Of a DNA stretch of 64,000 nt, positions 1 to 13,272 are shown in pieces. The position numbers were made by a program, and so were the translations under genes. Numbering within the stretch: the stretch's first letter is position 1; each line of letters starts with the position of its first letter. Source of the DNA: Epiperipatus broadwayi (Eukaryota > Animalia > Onychophora). Location: positions 14,260,001-14,324,000 of the forward strand of contig JAQFVV010000009.1 of assembly GCA_028023455.1 (NCBI GenBank). The letters are read 5' to 3'. A model generated the notes under the pieces. The model worked only from the letters and a program-made list of their open reading frames with translations, made no database searches and was not told where the DNA came from.

Positions 1-1170
1 CTCATATTTTTTTTTACTAATTCAGTATTTACCATAATTTTTTATTATTGCAGCTACCAAGTTCCAATAATGATAAAAGACTAGTGATAGTAAAATCAAC
101 ATCTCTGAAACATCAACAAAAAGTTCTTAGAAATTTGAAAGTATAAGGCCCCTCTAAACATGGGACCTCAATCTGAGGCCTAAAAAACTGATGTCTGAAC
201 TAGGTATGATTTTAGTCCAAAATATATTTTATAAACCTGTGCTGATATTCTCATTACATTTGAACCAAAATGAATGTAGCTCATATCTAGTGATATGTTG
301 GAGTCTTTAAAGATTTTGTTTCATTTTCAAAACATTGCAAATAGATTAATAAAAATGACTATAATTATTAAAAATTACACTTAATAATCTTTCAATTATA
401 TTTATAAAACTGTTAAATAAATAAAATATGTTATCTTTAATGATATTATTCTGTATTTATAGTATTTTTAAATTGTAAATTGCTAATGATTTGGGAGAAC
501 TACTAACCAGTATATGTTTAAATAAATTCTGAAGTATATATTTTTAAAAAAATACATTTTATGTGACTCATGTATTTCTAAATTTGAAACATTTGCATAA
601 ATTACATTTTTAAAAAATAACAAGAAAAATGACTGATTATTTCCATAAAATGATCAGATCTTACTCTGTTTCTTCAATATGCCTTTCAGCAGAGAACTTA
701 ATGGATATAATAAGCCAAAACAATGATAAAATATTTAAACTACACACTTAACATCTCACATTAAGACTCTATGTGAAGACTCAACATGGTAATCATTAGC
801 TAAAATAAAATTTACTTACCTAATTTTTATTTGATCACTTCATAAAAGAACTGATGACTCACCTAAATGTCTTTCAATATAATCATAATCAATCTGACAA
901 AAATAGTTCTAATCATTATGAAATTAGGGAGTAATTTGATCCCATAAAGAATAGTCAGCTGCACCATTAATAAATTTTCAATTTATTAATCTAAAATTTT
1001 CTGCATTTAATATTTATTAATCTAATTTTTATATAATTGGACTCCATCTTTATAATAATAAAAATCATGATCATGTCAAACAAAATATGACATTTTAATT
1101 TACATCAAAAATAAATAAATAAATTTCAATTACTGATTTTAAAAAAAATGTTAAACACATTCTATAAAAA

Positions 1171-2257
1171 TGAAATGGTATTATTTGGTCTAATATCTTG
1201 TTTCACCTACTACATCCCAAAGTAGTATTTATTCTTAGGTATAATATGTATACTCAATTATAAATCAATAAAATTAAAAGTAAGTTGTGTAAACATTGTT
1301 GTATATGTATAAGTGCACTTACATATATATGTGAATGAAGCTACAATGAAATAGATTTTATAAGTGTTGCAACACAATTGAATAATTTTAAAGTTATTAT
1401 AAAATTAGAGTACAAATTTACTTTTACTCACATATAAATTTCCAATTCTAGAGATGACAGAATTACACATATAGCAGACTGTTTACAGAACTTAAATCTC
1501 TTTTAAAAGATTGCCTGTTTTTTGGAAATTATCTGGCCACATGCACCTGGTCTTTGTGAGAACTAAGAGCAGATTTTTAAAATAAGTTTAAAATAAATTT
1601 TAAGACAAAAGAAAAACATCAAGTTGCACTAATTTATAAATAACTTTAGCTTCACTTTTGTCTTTTCTAAAGTTAATAAAACTGGGTTAAAATTTAAGAT
1701 TAGAAACTAAAAATTGTAAATAACTTAGTGGATTTTACAAGGGGAGAGTCAAAGAGTTAATATAAAAAGAACCCAAATTAAGTACTATAGCTTCACTCTC
1801 TTAATTTAATTATTCAGTTGTTGCCAGGAACTACACACATTTTAAAAATGAAAATGAGTGGCTAGAAACTCAATTTTTTCCATCTTCCTTCAGAAGACCA
1901 GTCTATTGGAATGGAGTAGTTCAAGATCAACAGCCTTTCAAAAAGACATCAAAGACAAGCCAGCATAGTAGAGAATGTCAGTGCCAAATTCCATGAAAGA
2001 TTCCTCAGCTAGAAGATCAATAATCTTTTTTTCTACAGAGCTCTATAAAATTAAATCTTAAATTAAACTAATTTAATAATTTCTAAAGCTAGATATATAA
2101 TTGAATGTTTATAATTTATGACTTTAAAGTGTTTTTAAATAAATTAAACTAAACTCTCTTATAATTTAATGTAACTTTAATTTAATAATAATAATTGTAA
2201 CAATCTTGCCTATTAAAATGAATCATAATAATTTAATAATTCTTCTAATCTTAATAA
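1171..2257 (+). repeat. ~1.1-kb direct repeat, copy 1 (partner 4167-5332)
   Basis: Colinear diverged match, from tgaaatggtattatttggtctaat (1171) vs tgaaacagtattattttgtctaat (4167) to ttcttctaatcttaataa (2257) vs ttcttccaatcttaataa (5332). Copy 2 has an extra ~110-bp AT-rich insert near 4240-4350. Confidence 0.9.
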
Positions 2258-3760
2258 TAGTGGAGATAGTGGAGTGTTGGCCCTGAATTTACAAGAAATG
2301 AAAAAGATGAGTCAGAACATGTTGGAAATGGAGGAGAGAAACAAACAGCAGCTTTTAAATATAAGGATAGAGCTAGAAGCTAGGGATCAGAAAACAGAAT
2401 TGAGACAGAGAAAAAATGAAATAATGGTTAGGGGCCAAAATTCAGCAAGATATCTTAGGTATGAAAGTGAGGAGCAAGCAAAGTGGTCTTGAAATTGAGA
2501 CATGATTAGAAAGCAAAATACAGCAAAGTATATTTATTAGAAGCAGAGTTGAGAAACAAACAATATATATTGGGTATGAAAGAGAGATTAGAGACCAAAG
2601 GGAAATAGAAGATGCTGGAAATAGTATCCATAAGTGAATGAAATCTTATAGAGATGGGAGAAAGAGTGGGATCCAAGGTACAGCAATATCTGTGTGAGAT
2701 GGAGGCCAGGAACATGCAAAATGTGTTAGTGCTGAGGATAAAATTAGAAGCTAGGGATCAGAGAAATATAGTTGAGATGGAGAAAAGAAACCAGCAATAG
2801 CTTTTAGAAATAGAAGAAAGATTAGGAACCAAAGTTCAATGAGATATCCTGGATATGGAAGAGAGAGAAGAAGGGTATAACTTTAGAAGTAAAAGAGATG
2901 AAAGTAGGATAGCATTGAAGTGAGGAAGACAATTTCAAAGTAGGAGCAACCAAACAGGAAACAGTAAATAAAAATCAGGCTGACCAGGGTACAGTAGAGA
3001 CAAGAAAAAGCCAGTCTGAACTAGAAATAATGAAGGTAGAAATGGTCAAAGAGCAAGGTATAGGGACTGATTTAGAGACAGATGGGGAGACAGAGAATAA
3101 GGGAGGAAATTGTGTAAGGATAAATGAAGAGACAGAAGGCATAGGGGAAGTTCATATAAAAAATTAGAGGATAGTGATTGATATGGTGAATTAGAGGCTG
3201 CAAAAAAATTTAGGGATAGGAGTGATTAGGAGCAAAGGAAGGGGTGTGCTTTGGGCAAAAAATATGGAGACTCTTGGAATGAGGTAGATTTAAGCATGAT
3301 AAGGGAAGTCAGGCCCAAAAGAAAACATTATCAGTGGTACTCCCAAGATGAAGATGGGCTAAGAAATAAAGTAAAATGGTGGAAACTTAGCTTGAAGGTC
3401 AGGATAGAGAATAGGACTCACTGGAAACAACTAGTCTGTGTGTTAATAATAGGAAGTGAGGGTGTAGATGTTAAAATAAGAAAAACAGCTAGAGGGAGAA
3501 AGGGAAGAAAAGGAGAAGATTTCTATATCTTCAAGAGAAGGAACCAGATGGGAGTTTGAACCCAGAGTCCAAGGAACATATGCACTCAGAAATATCACAA
3601 GTATTTCCCATTCCAAAAAAGCCATACTGGATTAAGCAGGAGTATGAAAGTCATGCAAAAAGCTTCATGGGGCATGACAAATCCCATAAATTAAAAGTGT
3701 TCAAGGATAACCCCCCAGATCCTACTTGATTCAGATGGTATTATCTAGGGATCTATTTTC
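2258..3760 (+). mobile_element. Purine-rich degenerate coding-like insert, possibly retroelement gag-like/coiled-coil remnant
   Basis: Abrupt change to G/A-rich plus strand. Broken E/K/R-rich frames (ORFs 2274-2492 and 3251-3559). Internal repeat agaagctagggatcaga at ~2375 and ~2746. No diagnostic motif recognised. Confidence 0.3.
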
Positions 3761-3770
3761 TCTTTCCCCA

Positions 3771-3806
3771 ATATATATATATATATATATATATGGGGAA
3801 ATATAT

Positions 3807-3852
<46 letters not shown>
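3771..3852. repeat. (AT)n microsatellite, interrupted
   Basis: Direct reading. Confidence 0.95.
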
Positions 3853-3856
<4 letters not shown>

Positions 3857-4166
3857 TTATATTTATACATTCATTTAATATGACAAGTATTCACTCCGAA
3901 TACTGAAATTTGTATGTAGAATAATTTAATTTATCAATATTTAATCTTATAGTATGTTGTTAATAATTTAGTATATTAGTATTTTATTTCATACATTGGT
4001 TACACTGTAAATTCTGAAGGGATGGTTAAAAGTACAGGGTTAGTCAAGAGTAATAAAAAGAATTAAAATTTATACCTTAGGTTCTTAAAAATGTAATTCA
4101 TGATTGCATACAAAATTATATGTAAAATCATTTTTTTTTTTTTTTTTTATTCAGACTTTAGGAATA

Positions 4167-5332
4167 TGAAACAGTATTATTTTGTCTAATATCCCATTTC
4201 ACCTACTATGTCCCATAGTAGTATTTATCATTAGTTCAAACCCATTCAAATCCACATATATTATCATATATTAATGTATATTAACATATACTTATGTATA
4301 TATGTGTATATTTATATTTATGTATATAGATATTGTCTGCATGCGTATAATTAGTTATAATATGTATACTCAATTATAAAATAATAAAATTAAAAGTATG
4401 TTGTGTAAACATTGTCATATGTGTAAAAGTGGACTTACATATATATGCAAATGAAGCTACAATGCAATAGATTTTATAAGTTATTATAAAATTAGAGTAC
4501 AAATTTACTTTTAATCACATATAAATTTTCAATTCTAGAGGTGACAGAATTACACATATAGTAGAATGTTTACAAAACTTAAATCTCTTTTAAAAGATCT
4601 GCTGTTTCTTGGAAATTATCTCACCATACACACCTGGTTTGTGGAAACCAAGAGCAGATTTTTAAAATAAGTTTAAAATAATTTTTAAGACAAAAGAAAG
4701 GCTGTCAAGCAGCACTATTTTATAAATAACTTTAGCTTCACTTTTGTTTTTTCTAAAGTTAATAAATCTGTGTTAAAATTTAAGATTAAAAACTAAAAAT
4801 TGTAAACAAGTTCATGGCTTTTGCAAGGGGGGAGTCAAAGAGTTAATATAAAAACTTCCAAAATTAAGCAATAAAGGTTTACTCCCTTAATTTAATGATT
4901 CAGTTGCTGCCAGGAACTATGCCCATTTTAAAAATGAAAATGACTGGCTAGAAAGCTCAATTTTTGCCATCTTTCTTTGGAAGACTGGTCTATTGAAATG
5001 GAGGAGTTCAATGCCAACAGCATACCAAGAAGACATTGGTGACAAGCTAGCCCATCAGAGAATGTCAGTGCCAAATGCCATGAAGGATGCCTCAGTTAGA
5101 AAAAGATCAGTATCATTTCTTCCTGCAGAGTTCTGTAAAATTTAAATCTTAAAATAAACTAATTTAATAATTTCTAAAGCTAGCTATATTTTATGAGTTT
5201 GAACTGTTTTTAACTAAATTAAACTAAACTCTGTGATAATTTAATGTAACTTTAATTTAATAATAATAATTGTAACAATCTTTCCTATTAAAATGAATCA
5301 TAATAATTTAATAATTCTTCCAATCTTAATAA
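4167..5332 (+). repeat. ~1.1-kb direct repeat, copy 2 (partner 1171-2257)
   Basis: See copy 1. Confidence 0.9.
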
Positions 5333-6370
5333 CTGGTATATCTATTTTCTAATCTGTGGTCATGCCAATCTTATTTTATAATTTATTGTTTATTTCATTG
5401 ATTTATGATATGCCATGATTCAAAATGGAGATTTTTAGTATTGACAATATTAGAGAGATGAAACTTTTTTGGGAATGATTTGTGCTGCTTCTTTAGCACA
5501 TACTTATATTCCCATTTTGAAACCTAAAATCAAATCAAGCTATTTCTTTTCCTAAGGCAATTTAAAGCAATAGTATATGGATGGATTTGGAATCTGGATC
5601 AAGACTCAACCTATCATTTCTGGTGCTTAAACATCATGACATCATGAGAAACTGAATATGTTATTGTACTAATGGATATTCATGCAGCATTTATATTATA
5701 CTTATATGGTTTCTAAAATATACAAAAACATTTTGTTTTATGAATTGATATATGTTAATATAGCACAAAGAAATGAAATGTGTATTGAATTCTAAGAATA
5801 TATTCAATGTTAATATTATTAATAAAGTTCAATTAACCCAAAGGTTAAAACAAAAGTAGAAAAAGACACATCATAGAAAAGATGCAAAAATGTTTCCCAG
5901 GGAAGAGGTGACTGATTTTTTTTTCTAAGTTGCTTGCAATGCTATCTTTAATTCAATGGATATGTTGTATGGCAATATTGTTTGCTAAAGTACTAACATT
6001 TCTGGATCATAACTCATAACATAAAATGTGACAGTATGTTTCATATCTTCTTTGATTGTCTTCAGTGGCCTTTCTGCCATCATAAAAATGTTCAAACTAC
6101 TTGAAAATACTCCAGGTAGCTTGGAAAAAAACAGTCACCAATCATCATTTCATAGGATTACATTGTACATAAGTTCTATTTAAAAAGGATGATTAGAGAA
6201 TAAACAATGAAACTTAATATTGATTTTAGTATAAAATGAAAGTTATAGACAATAAATGAAAATGATTATGAACAGTAATGAAATCTCAGATTTGTCCATT
6301 CTTAGTAGCTGTAACATTTTGAGTTTTTAAATAGTAATTTAGAAAATAAAGGGTACTCTTTCTGACCATA

Positions 6371-7146
6371 TAATGCATCCACCTGATGGTGCTGTTGCTT
6401 GCAAAAGCACAGAAATATGCCATTTATGCAGTCCAACTTACAGCCTCTAGAACAGTTCTGTTCATATTAGCCATTAGTAGGTGTCCACACTGTGCTTCTC
6501 ATCACTATGGAAATAGCATGCACCTCATATATAGTTACAATAGGATATGAGGGTGTATGGAATTCAACAGAACATAAGTTTTTTTATGTGCATTGGAATT
6601 AGGTATCTTGCACATTCGGCTGATGTCCTATTACATATTAATAATTGTAAGTCCTTTGCCCCATTTCCCTTAACATCTTTGAAAGTAAAAATAATTGCAA
6701 AAGTGTACATCATTGAAGCATTTCACATAAGTCACATGAAAAGGCACATTTGTGGGAGAACAGCTATGAGAGTAATACAATGTCTGGTGTTGTCCATCAT
6801 TTTAGAAATCATAATATAGGTTTTTTTTAGACTAAAGCATGTATTGGCCATGCCTTTGGCCCAGCAAAACCATCAGAGGCCTCCCACAAATTCCAGCACT
6901 ATGCACTGACTTTTCTAATTTTCAGTCATAAAAATAAGACACATTTTCAAACTGTTGGTTTTATATATTTTTTAAATGAAAATTGAGTTAAATACCATCA
7001 GAAATGTTGTAAACATATTTTCCATTGTAAATTTTTTAAAAATAATTAGAAAAATTGTCAGAGACCAGAAAGCAAAAAATTATCAGCCTGGAAACATTAC
7101 ATTTGATTATTTTTGCAAGCAACAATGCCATCAGGTGGATGCATTA
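6371..7146. repeat. 36-bp inverted repeat pair (6371-6406 / 7111-7146) flanking ~700 bp; possible DNA transposon remnant
   Basis: The reverse complement of the left arm, ttttgcaagcaacagcaccatcaggtggatgcatta, matches the right arm ttttgcaagcaacaatgccatcaggtggatgcatta at 33/36 positions. Confidence 0.7.
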
Positions 7147-7504
7147 CATAATTGGAAAGATAACCAAATAAAGTACTTAAATGATATTTTGCTAATATTC
7201 TATTCATATGATTTAAAAATTAAAATTTAACACCATTCTTTTTTTTTTTTCTAAATCCAAACAACAAAGTTAATCAAATCATTTTTTTCCTAGTGTTATG
7301 TGACAAGAAATTATTTAAATATCTTTTTACCTAAACTCTATTTGAAGTCAAAGAATCATTTTAATAATATTTGTATATTTATTTACCAGAATTAGCAATT
7401 AAAATTACTAAAACAAAATTATTTGAACCAATATGTTTTAAAATAAAATAGAAACAATGTTAAATAATATTGTTTAATATTTAGGAAACTAAAATGTAAT
7501 ATTT

Positions 7505-7622
7505 AAATACATATATTCCAAGATCCATTTATCTTTTTCACAGGAATGTGATCATGTGTATCAGTTCTATGAGATAGATTGAATAGCTGTAGGGTCCTTG
7601 AAAGTCTGGATTCATATCCCCT
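7505..7622 (+). mobile_element. 5'-truncated fragment of hammerhead family-1 element
   Basis: aaatacatatatt...tttatctttttcac...gtgatcatgtgtatcagtt...ttgaaagtctggattca matches the segment just downstream of the ribozyme core in copies at 18105-18210, 41768-41880 and 54420-54490. Confidence 0.7.
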
Positions 7623-7769
7623 AGAATTAAAATGAAAATCTATTAAATTCATACTTTGTAGATATTAAATATTATTTGAATTATATTATCTTTTTTTATA
7701 AGATGCAGAGATAGTGGTTTTATTTTGGTAAAAAAAAAAGTAGAATATTTGACAAGTCTTTGTCTGAAG

Positions 7770-8800
7770 GTTTGTGATGATGGTATATTATTATATGTGA
7801 TATGTTGCACTATTTCCATCATTTATGATGCACTATTCCCTTCATTTATGAGTGAATGTTGAATGTATAGAAAATTTTAAACTTTATTTAAACTTTCCAA
7901 ATATAAACAACTTGTTAGTAATAACACACAAATAGACAACACAGGTTAGTTATTACATGTAATATGATTCTCCACTATTCTCCACTCTTCTTCATGTGTT
8001 GCTGGCCTATATGCACAGTGACAATATTCTCTTAGAAGTTGAACTCGTACCTTTAAAGTCTTGAATATTGAATTTAAGGCAAATGCTCTAACCAATTGAG
8101 CTATTCTGTCAAAGGCAACATATAATAGAAATTTGATATATTTATATGAGGGTTGGTTCAAATCCTACTGAGACCTTCAATTTTTTTTATGACCAAGGCT
8201 AATTAGTTTTTTTTCCATGTGTCATAGCATCAGCCAGGAAGCGAACCCGCTAACCTGGGACAACTGCTTGTAAAGCAGCTATTGCTGATCTCTCGACCAA
8301 CAATGCTTGACAAATTAGTTTTTTTTAAAATTATTATTATTGTTGTTTAATATTTTTTCTAAGAGCAGGATTAATTAGAGGCTTCTATACATTGTGTATT
8401 GCCACACTGGGTTGAATTAAAAAAAAATTGAAGGACTCAAGAGGATTTAAACCAATCCTCATATATAAATATATCAAATTTATATTATATGTTGCCTTTG
8501 ACAGAATAGCTCAGTTGGTTAGAGCGTTTGCTTTAAATTCGAGATTCAAGAATCTAAAAGTGAGAGTTTAACTTTTAAGTGAATATTGTCACTGTGCATA
8601 TAGGCCAGCAACACCTGAAGAAGAGTAGAGAATAATACTACTCGAAACATTGTATAATTACTAACCTGTGTTTTCTATTTGTATGATATTACTAACAAAT
8701 TGTTTGTGTTTGGAAAGTTTAAATAAAATTTAAAATTTTCTATACATTCAACATTAACTCGTAGATGATGGAAATAGTCCAAATGTCACATTTGACAAAC
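7770..8800. mobile_element. Fold-back element: inverted arms (~7770-8190 and ~8418-8800), each carrying a tRNA-derived head
   Basis: The arms are diverged reverse complements. The plus arm has GACAGAATAGCTCAGTTGGTTAGAGC at 8490 (A-box, perfect D-arm GCTC/GAGC) and a degenerate B-box (GAGTTCAACT in the left-arm copy). Confidence 0.85.
8207..8312 (-). mobile_element. tRNA-Gly-like minimal retroposon (SINE), copy 1
   Basis: Minus strand reads gcattgttggtcgagagatc...gggttcgcttcctggctgatgctatgacacatgg plus A tail. Flanked by aattagtttttttt at 8201-8214 and 8313-8326 (target-site duplication). Confidence 0.85.
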
Positions 8801-10168
8801 CTTTAAAAAAAGATGGGGTTTTAACTGCCATTAACTGATTAACTATCATAATGCCAAATATTTTTTTTAAAGAAGCAGTATCATTAAATGAATAATATAA
8901 ACTAAAGTGACCTAGAGAGTAAATATGATAAAGGTTAAAATGCTCATGCAATTGTTGATATTGCAGGACATGGATGACAAATTATAATCTTTTAGGAACA
9001 CCACTATCTAAGTCAAAATATTGAAATGTGGCACGCTATTGCTTTATTTAATACTTTTTAGTAAAAAATAAAAGTTTTAAAATAGTCCACTGCAAGATAA
9101 AACCCTCTTAAACATACATTCATAGAGAAACTCATCATAGAGAAACTCATCAAAGTTACCAACAGCTAGTGGTGATGTTTTGAGTGAGTGTTTTTTCATT
9201 GTTATTTTATCATTTTGTTAGAAACACTAAATGCTTTTCCATGAGCCTATCAGATAGTTGTTTTATAAATACTGAAAGAAAGATATGAACAAATTATTTA
9301 CGAATGTATTAATAATTTATGTTAACTTCTTGTTGAATTATGGTGAATAAAAATAAATTCTTAATAATTAACAAAAATAGAAAACGCCTTTAATAAACTA
9401 AACTTAAATATTCGTAGTTTTTTTCGTCTGCATTATATTTTAAATTCTAGAATGTTTTATAAACACTTAGATAATGGATCAAAATTTTATCAAGAATTTA
9501 CAACTATTTTATTAATAAAGGATATCACACTCTTTCTAATGCACTTTTAATTACAAAATCAATTACTTAAAAGTTTGACTTTTACTTCGGGGAGTAGACT
9601 TGTCAAACAGCGAGGCATAGAGTCAGTATTTGTTTCAGTTAATACTAAAATGCATTTATGATTTTAACAAGTTATAGATTTAAAATTAAAAGTGAAGAAA
9701 ATTATATATAGATAGATGATTATTTGAACTAGAAGTATCAAATTTCCTGCACTCAAATCTCTGAGACCATTCACGCTAGATAAATATACATTAATGTTTA
9801 TTAAAAATCGTTTATTGTTTATTGAATTAGAGTATATCATAATTTTTACAAGTAAGATAAACTTTAAACTCAGTTAAAAATTATTATGATAACTGAGGGG
9901 TTAAATAGTTGGTTGTACATAGATTACTATCATATAAAAGACTAATTAAAATTCTAACCACTGATATTGCGTTTTAATGGAAAAGAAAGCAATGGCAAAG
10001 CAGCATTGATAATGATAAAGTGTTATTGTTTATTTATAGCATCCTATTGCATCGATAGTATTTTAAACATTTTATTGTATATGATAATTCAAAAGTTATG
10101 CCCCATTATTATAACTTTATTTTATCATTTGCTCCATATTATTAAGTAATTGATTATTATTATATATG

Positions 10169-11453
10169 TACAAGAATTAGTCAAAAAGTAACCATATTTC
10201 AATTGTATTAAAACATCAATTGGCCATACTGTATCTTACCAGCACTTTTTGGATGAGGCCTCTCTCTCCCCAATGATTGCTGTACTGCTTTGAGTACATT
10301 AGATTAGTTCAATTTCTATGATGTAAAAAACAATGTTTGCCCACTTTTGATTTGCAAAAACAAGAAAAGTGTGTAGTTCATTGCTTTTTGTAGTCTGAGG
10401 GTGTGTCTAGTGTTGATATTTATCAAAGATTTTGTGCAAAAATAGGGAAAAAGTATTTTGCCATGAAAAAATGTATATGAATAGATAGAAAAGTTCAAGG
10501 AAGATCACTTAAGTGTCAGCCAGGAAGAAGGAGCTGAATCCATGTCCATTTCCATGACAACAATGAATATGCATATCAACTGATTCTATTGGATAAAAAA
10601 ATGGCATTGGGTTATGTGACAAATTATGTGCAAATCAGATATGGTGCTGCCTATGCAATAATGCATGACAGATTTCGGTTTTGAAAAGTTTGTAAAAACT
10701 AGGTGCTGAAACAACTCATAGAAAAGCATAAACAGAAGTATTTGAACATTCGTAAACAAAATGTGGATTGATAGACTAAAGAAGAGACATTTTTAAAAAG
10801 AAAAATGATTATGAATGATGAGCCCTTCATTCATCATGATAAACCTGAGAGTAAATAATAGAGTATAAAATGAAAATATCCTCAATTTCTGATCAAGAAT
10901 AAATTTAAAGTCAACCATCAGATGGAAAATTGATACCATTTTCGGAGATTCTCAAGGGCTAGTACTAGATCATTATCATGAAAAAAGTCCAAAAATCAAC
11001 AGTGCCCATTACACAAAAAATACTGAATAGTTGAATTTAAAATTTGGAAAAAAAACAAAGAACTGATATCCAGGGATGATGTGCTCATCTATATGTGCTG
11101 TCCACACTGTTAACACTCTCCAAAAGCTTCATTTTGAAGTGTTGGATCTTCTTATAGACCTACTATTACCCTAAAAAGATTGTTACTTGTTTGGTTCCCT
11201 GAAAAAGCCATACAAGAAAAAGATTCATGTCTAATGAAGAGATAATGGCAATAATGCATTTATGGCTCACAATTCAACCTAAAACATTTAAAACAAGGGA
11301 ATATCAAAGCTTGTTGACAGATGAACAAAGTGTATAGAAAAGCAGGCAGATTATTTTGAAAAGTAATGTGTTTGTCTTTTTCAATATTTTTAAAAAAGTT
11401 GATTAAAATAAAATTACAGCCAAAGTGGGAATATTTTTTTACTCACTCTCATA
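10169..11453 (+). mobile_element. Decayed mariner (Tc1/mariner, DD34D type) transposon
   Basis: Degenerate transposase flanked by imperfect TIRs (tacaagaattagtcaaaaagta at 10169; atatttttttactcactctcata ending 11453), bounded by TA. Confidence 0.9.
10333..11366 (+). pseudogene. Mariner transposase pseudogene (many stops and frameshifts)
   Basis: Frame-hopping translation gives LKQLIEKHKQKYLNI, ETFLKRKMIMNDEPFIHHDKPESK (canonical TGDETWIHHYEPESK), HTVNTLQKLHFEVLD, DCYLFGSLKK, KRFMSNEE and TKCIEKQADYFEK*. These match the mariner core and C-terminus. Confidence 0.92.
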
Positions 11454-12439
11454 TATTGCTTTAGATTGATGTACTAGGGTTTATAAATCAAAATTAAAGA
11501 CAAAAAGAAATCAGTTTCTCACAGTGATCAGTTTTTGAATAATTAGTATCTATTAATAAATTTTTTAATTACTTTACAAAAAAAGTATTAACTATAAAAT
11601 GTGATTGCCAAAACATAAAAAAATTCTTAACATATCTGTTAGTAATTTAATTTCAAATTCTTATATATTTAAATTTTTAAGCTTTTGGCTTAGATAATAG
11701 AATCTTAAGGCTGCTGCACATAATGCTAGAGTCATTATATAGTTTGTATCTGTGCAAAAAAGTCATGTGGCTTCCTTGCTTGGTAATTCATAAGAGGTTT
11801 GAGTGCCAGCCCAAGTCAGACACTCTATCTATTGTGCCAAAATACATAGGACTGGATCCATGTATAAACATGTGAGGTACTTCAAGGATTTAAAAAAAAA
11901 TTGTATTAATCAATGTAATATGTGAAGTACCTTATATGCTTTATTCATGGATACAAACTCTATGATAGCTCTAGCATTAATCTAAGAGAGGTTGAAAGCA
12001 GTTCAGATGTTTTTTTTGAGCCTCATTGCAAACCTAATTAATTTCATTTTGGCCTCAATATAAATGAAGATATTTGTTTCAGAGACTCCCCTTGTTTGAA
12101 TATAAATTATGCAGCTTAAAATATGTTATAAGGGTCTACAGATATTGATTGCAGTGGTTTTTTATGCCTGTGATTTCATTTTACTTAACTTTAAAAAAAG
12201 GTATGGAAAATCTTCAGGTGATTGTTGCAAAACATATATGCAAATGAACATTGGAAATCTAACAAAAAAGTTTTTGTGTAATAATTTTGATAAAATTTCA
12301 GCTATGATACAATGAGAAAAACAATCAATTAAAACTACCAGTCTTACTTAGTTGTTTGTATGGTTACATTATAGTTGAAATTTTATTAAGATTATTACAA
12401 GTAAAAGTCTTGTTATATTTTAATCTTTAGATCTAATAA

Positions 12440-12830
12440 ACAATTTTTATTTTGTTACTAATTGTAAAAATATTAAAACCAAAACATCTGTTGTTGTTTA
12501 ACAGAACTAATTTTAAAATAGTACTACATAAATTCAAATAATATCCAAGTACTTTTGATGTTTATGTGTCCTTATCAAGGCAACTATACTCTATATGTAT
12601 TAAACTAGTTTCATTTTGTTACTAATTGTAAACCCATTAAAACCAACATGTCTGTTATTGTTCAACAGAAACAATTTAAAAATAATAGTATATAAATTCA
12701 AATAATATCCAAGCATCTTGATAAGTATATGTATCAAAAGTGCTTGGATATTATTTGAATTTATATAGTTCTATTTTAAAATTGTGTCTGTTAAGCAATA
12801 ACAGATGTATTGGTTTTAATGTGTACATCT
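12440..12830. repeat. ~150-bp direct repeat whose second copy folds back into a hairpin
   Basis: attaaaacc...aacaga...aaattcaaataatatccaag occurs at ~12473 and ~12637. It is followed by the reverse complement cttggatattatttgaattta...ttggttttaat at 12744-12820. Confidence 0.8.
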
Positions 12831-12911
12831 GCAGATTGATTTTAAAAATCCTAAAAATAATATATATATATATAAACAAAGAGAATAAATTAAAAAACTC
12901 AAGAATATAAT

Positions 12912-13120
12912 GAATAACCTATTCTTGTAGCTCTGATGTTTATAATTATATTTTTGTCAACATTGTTGATATTTCAGAGTGAAATTAATTTATCAGCCAG
13001 AAAAAAAATATGACACATAAAAATTATTCAACTTATAATCAATTATAGAAGGCTGGAGACAGAATCTCACGTTGGCCAAGGTATACTTATAAACATCAGA
13101 GATACAAGAATAGGTGATTC
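12912..13120. repeat. 34-bp inverted repeat pair (MITE-like)
   Basis: gaataacctattcttgtagctctgatgtttataa (12912-12945) vs ttataaacatcagagatacaagaataggtgattc (13087-13120). Confidence 0.75.
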
Positions 13121-13200
13121 AATTTGTTCTTGATCCTTTGGTCAACATTTAGAGTACTTTTAATTCATAGTTTGAGGGAGAGTGATTTACTCCCTTTGTA

Positions 13201-13208
<8 letters not shown>

Positions 13209-13271
<63 letters not shown>
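13209..13271. repeat. (AT)n microsatellite
   Basis: Direct reading. Confidence 0.95.

Positions 13272-13272
<1 letters not shown>

Noticed and set aside
6378-6393. CTCF-like motif ccacctgatggtgc in the inverted repeats
   Set aside because: It mismatches a core consensus position and cannot be supported from sequence alone.
8490-8590. Functional tRNA gene
   Set aside because: Only the D-arm/A-box is clean. The anticodon and T arms are degenerate, and the sequence lies inside a repeated arm.
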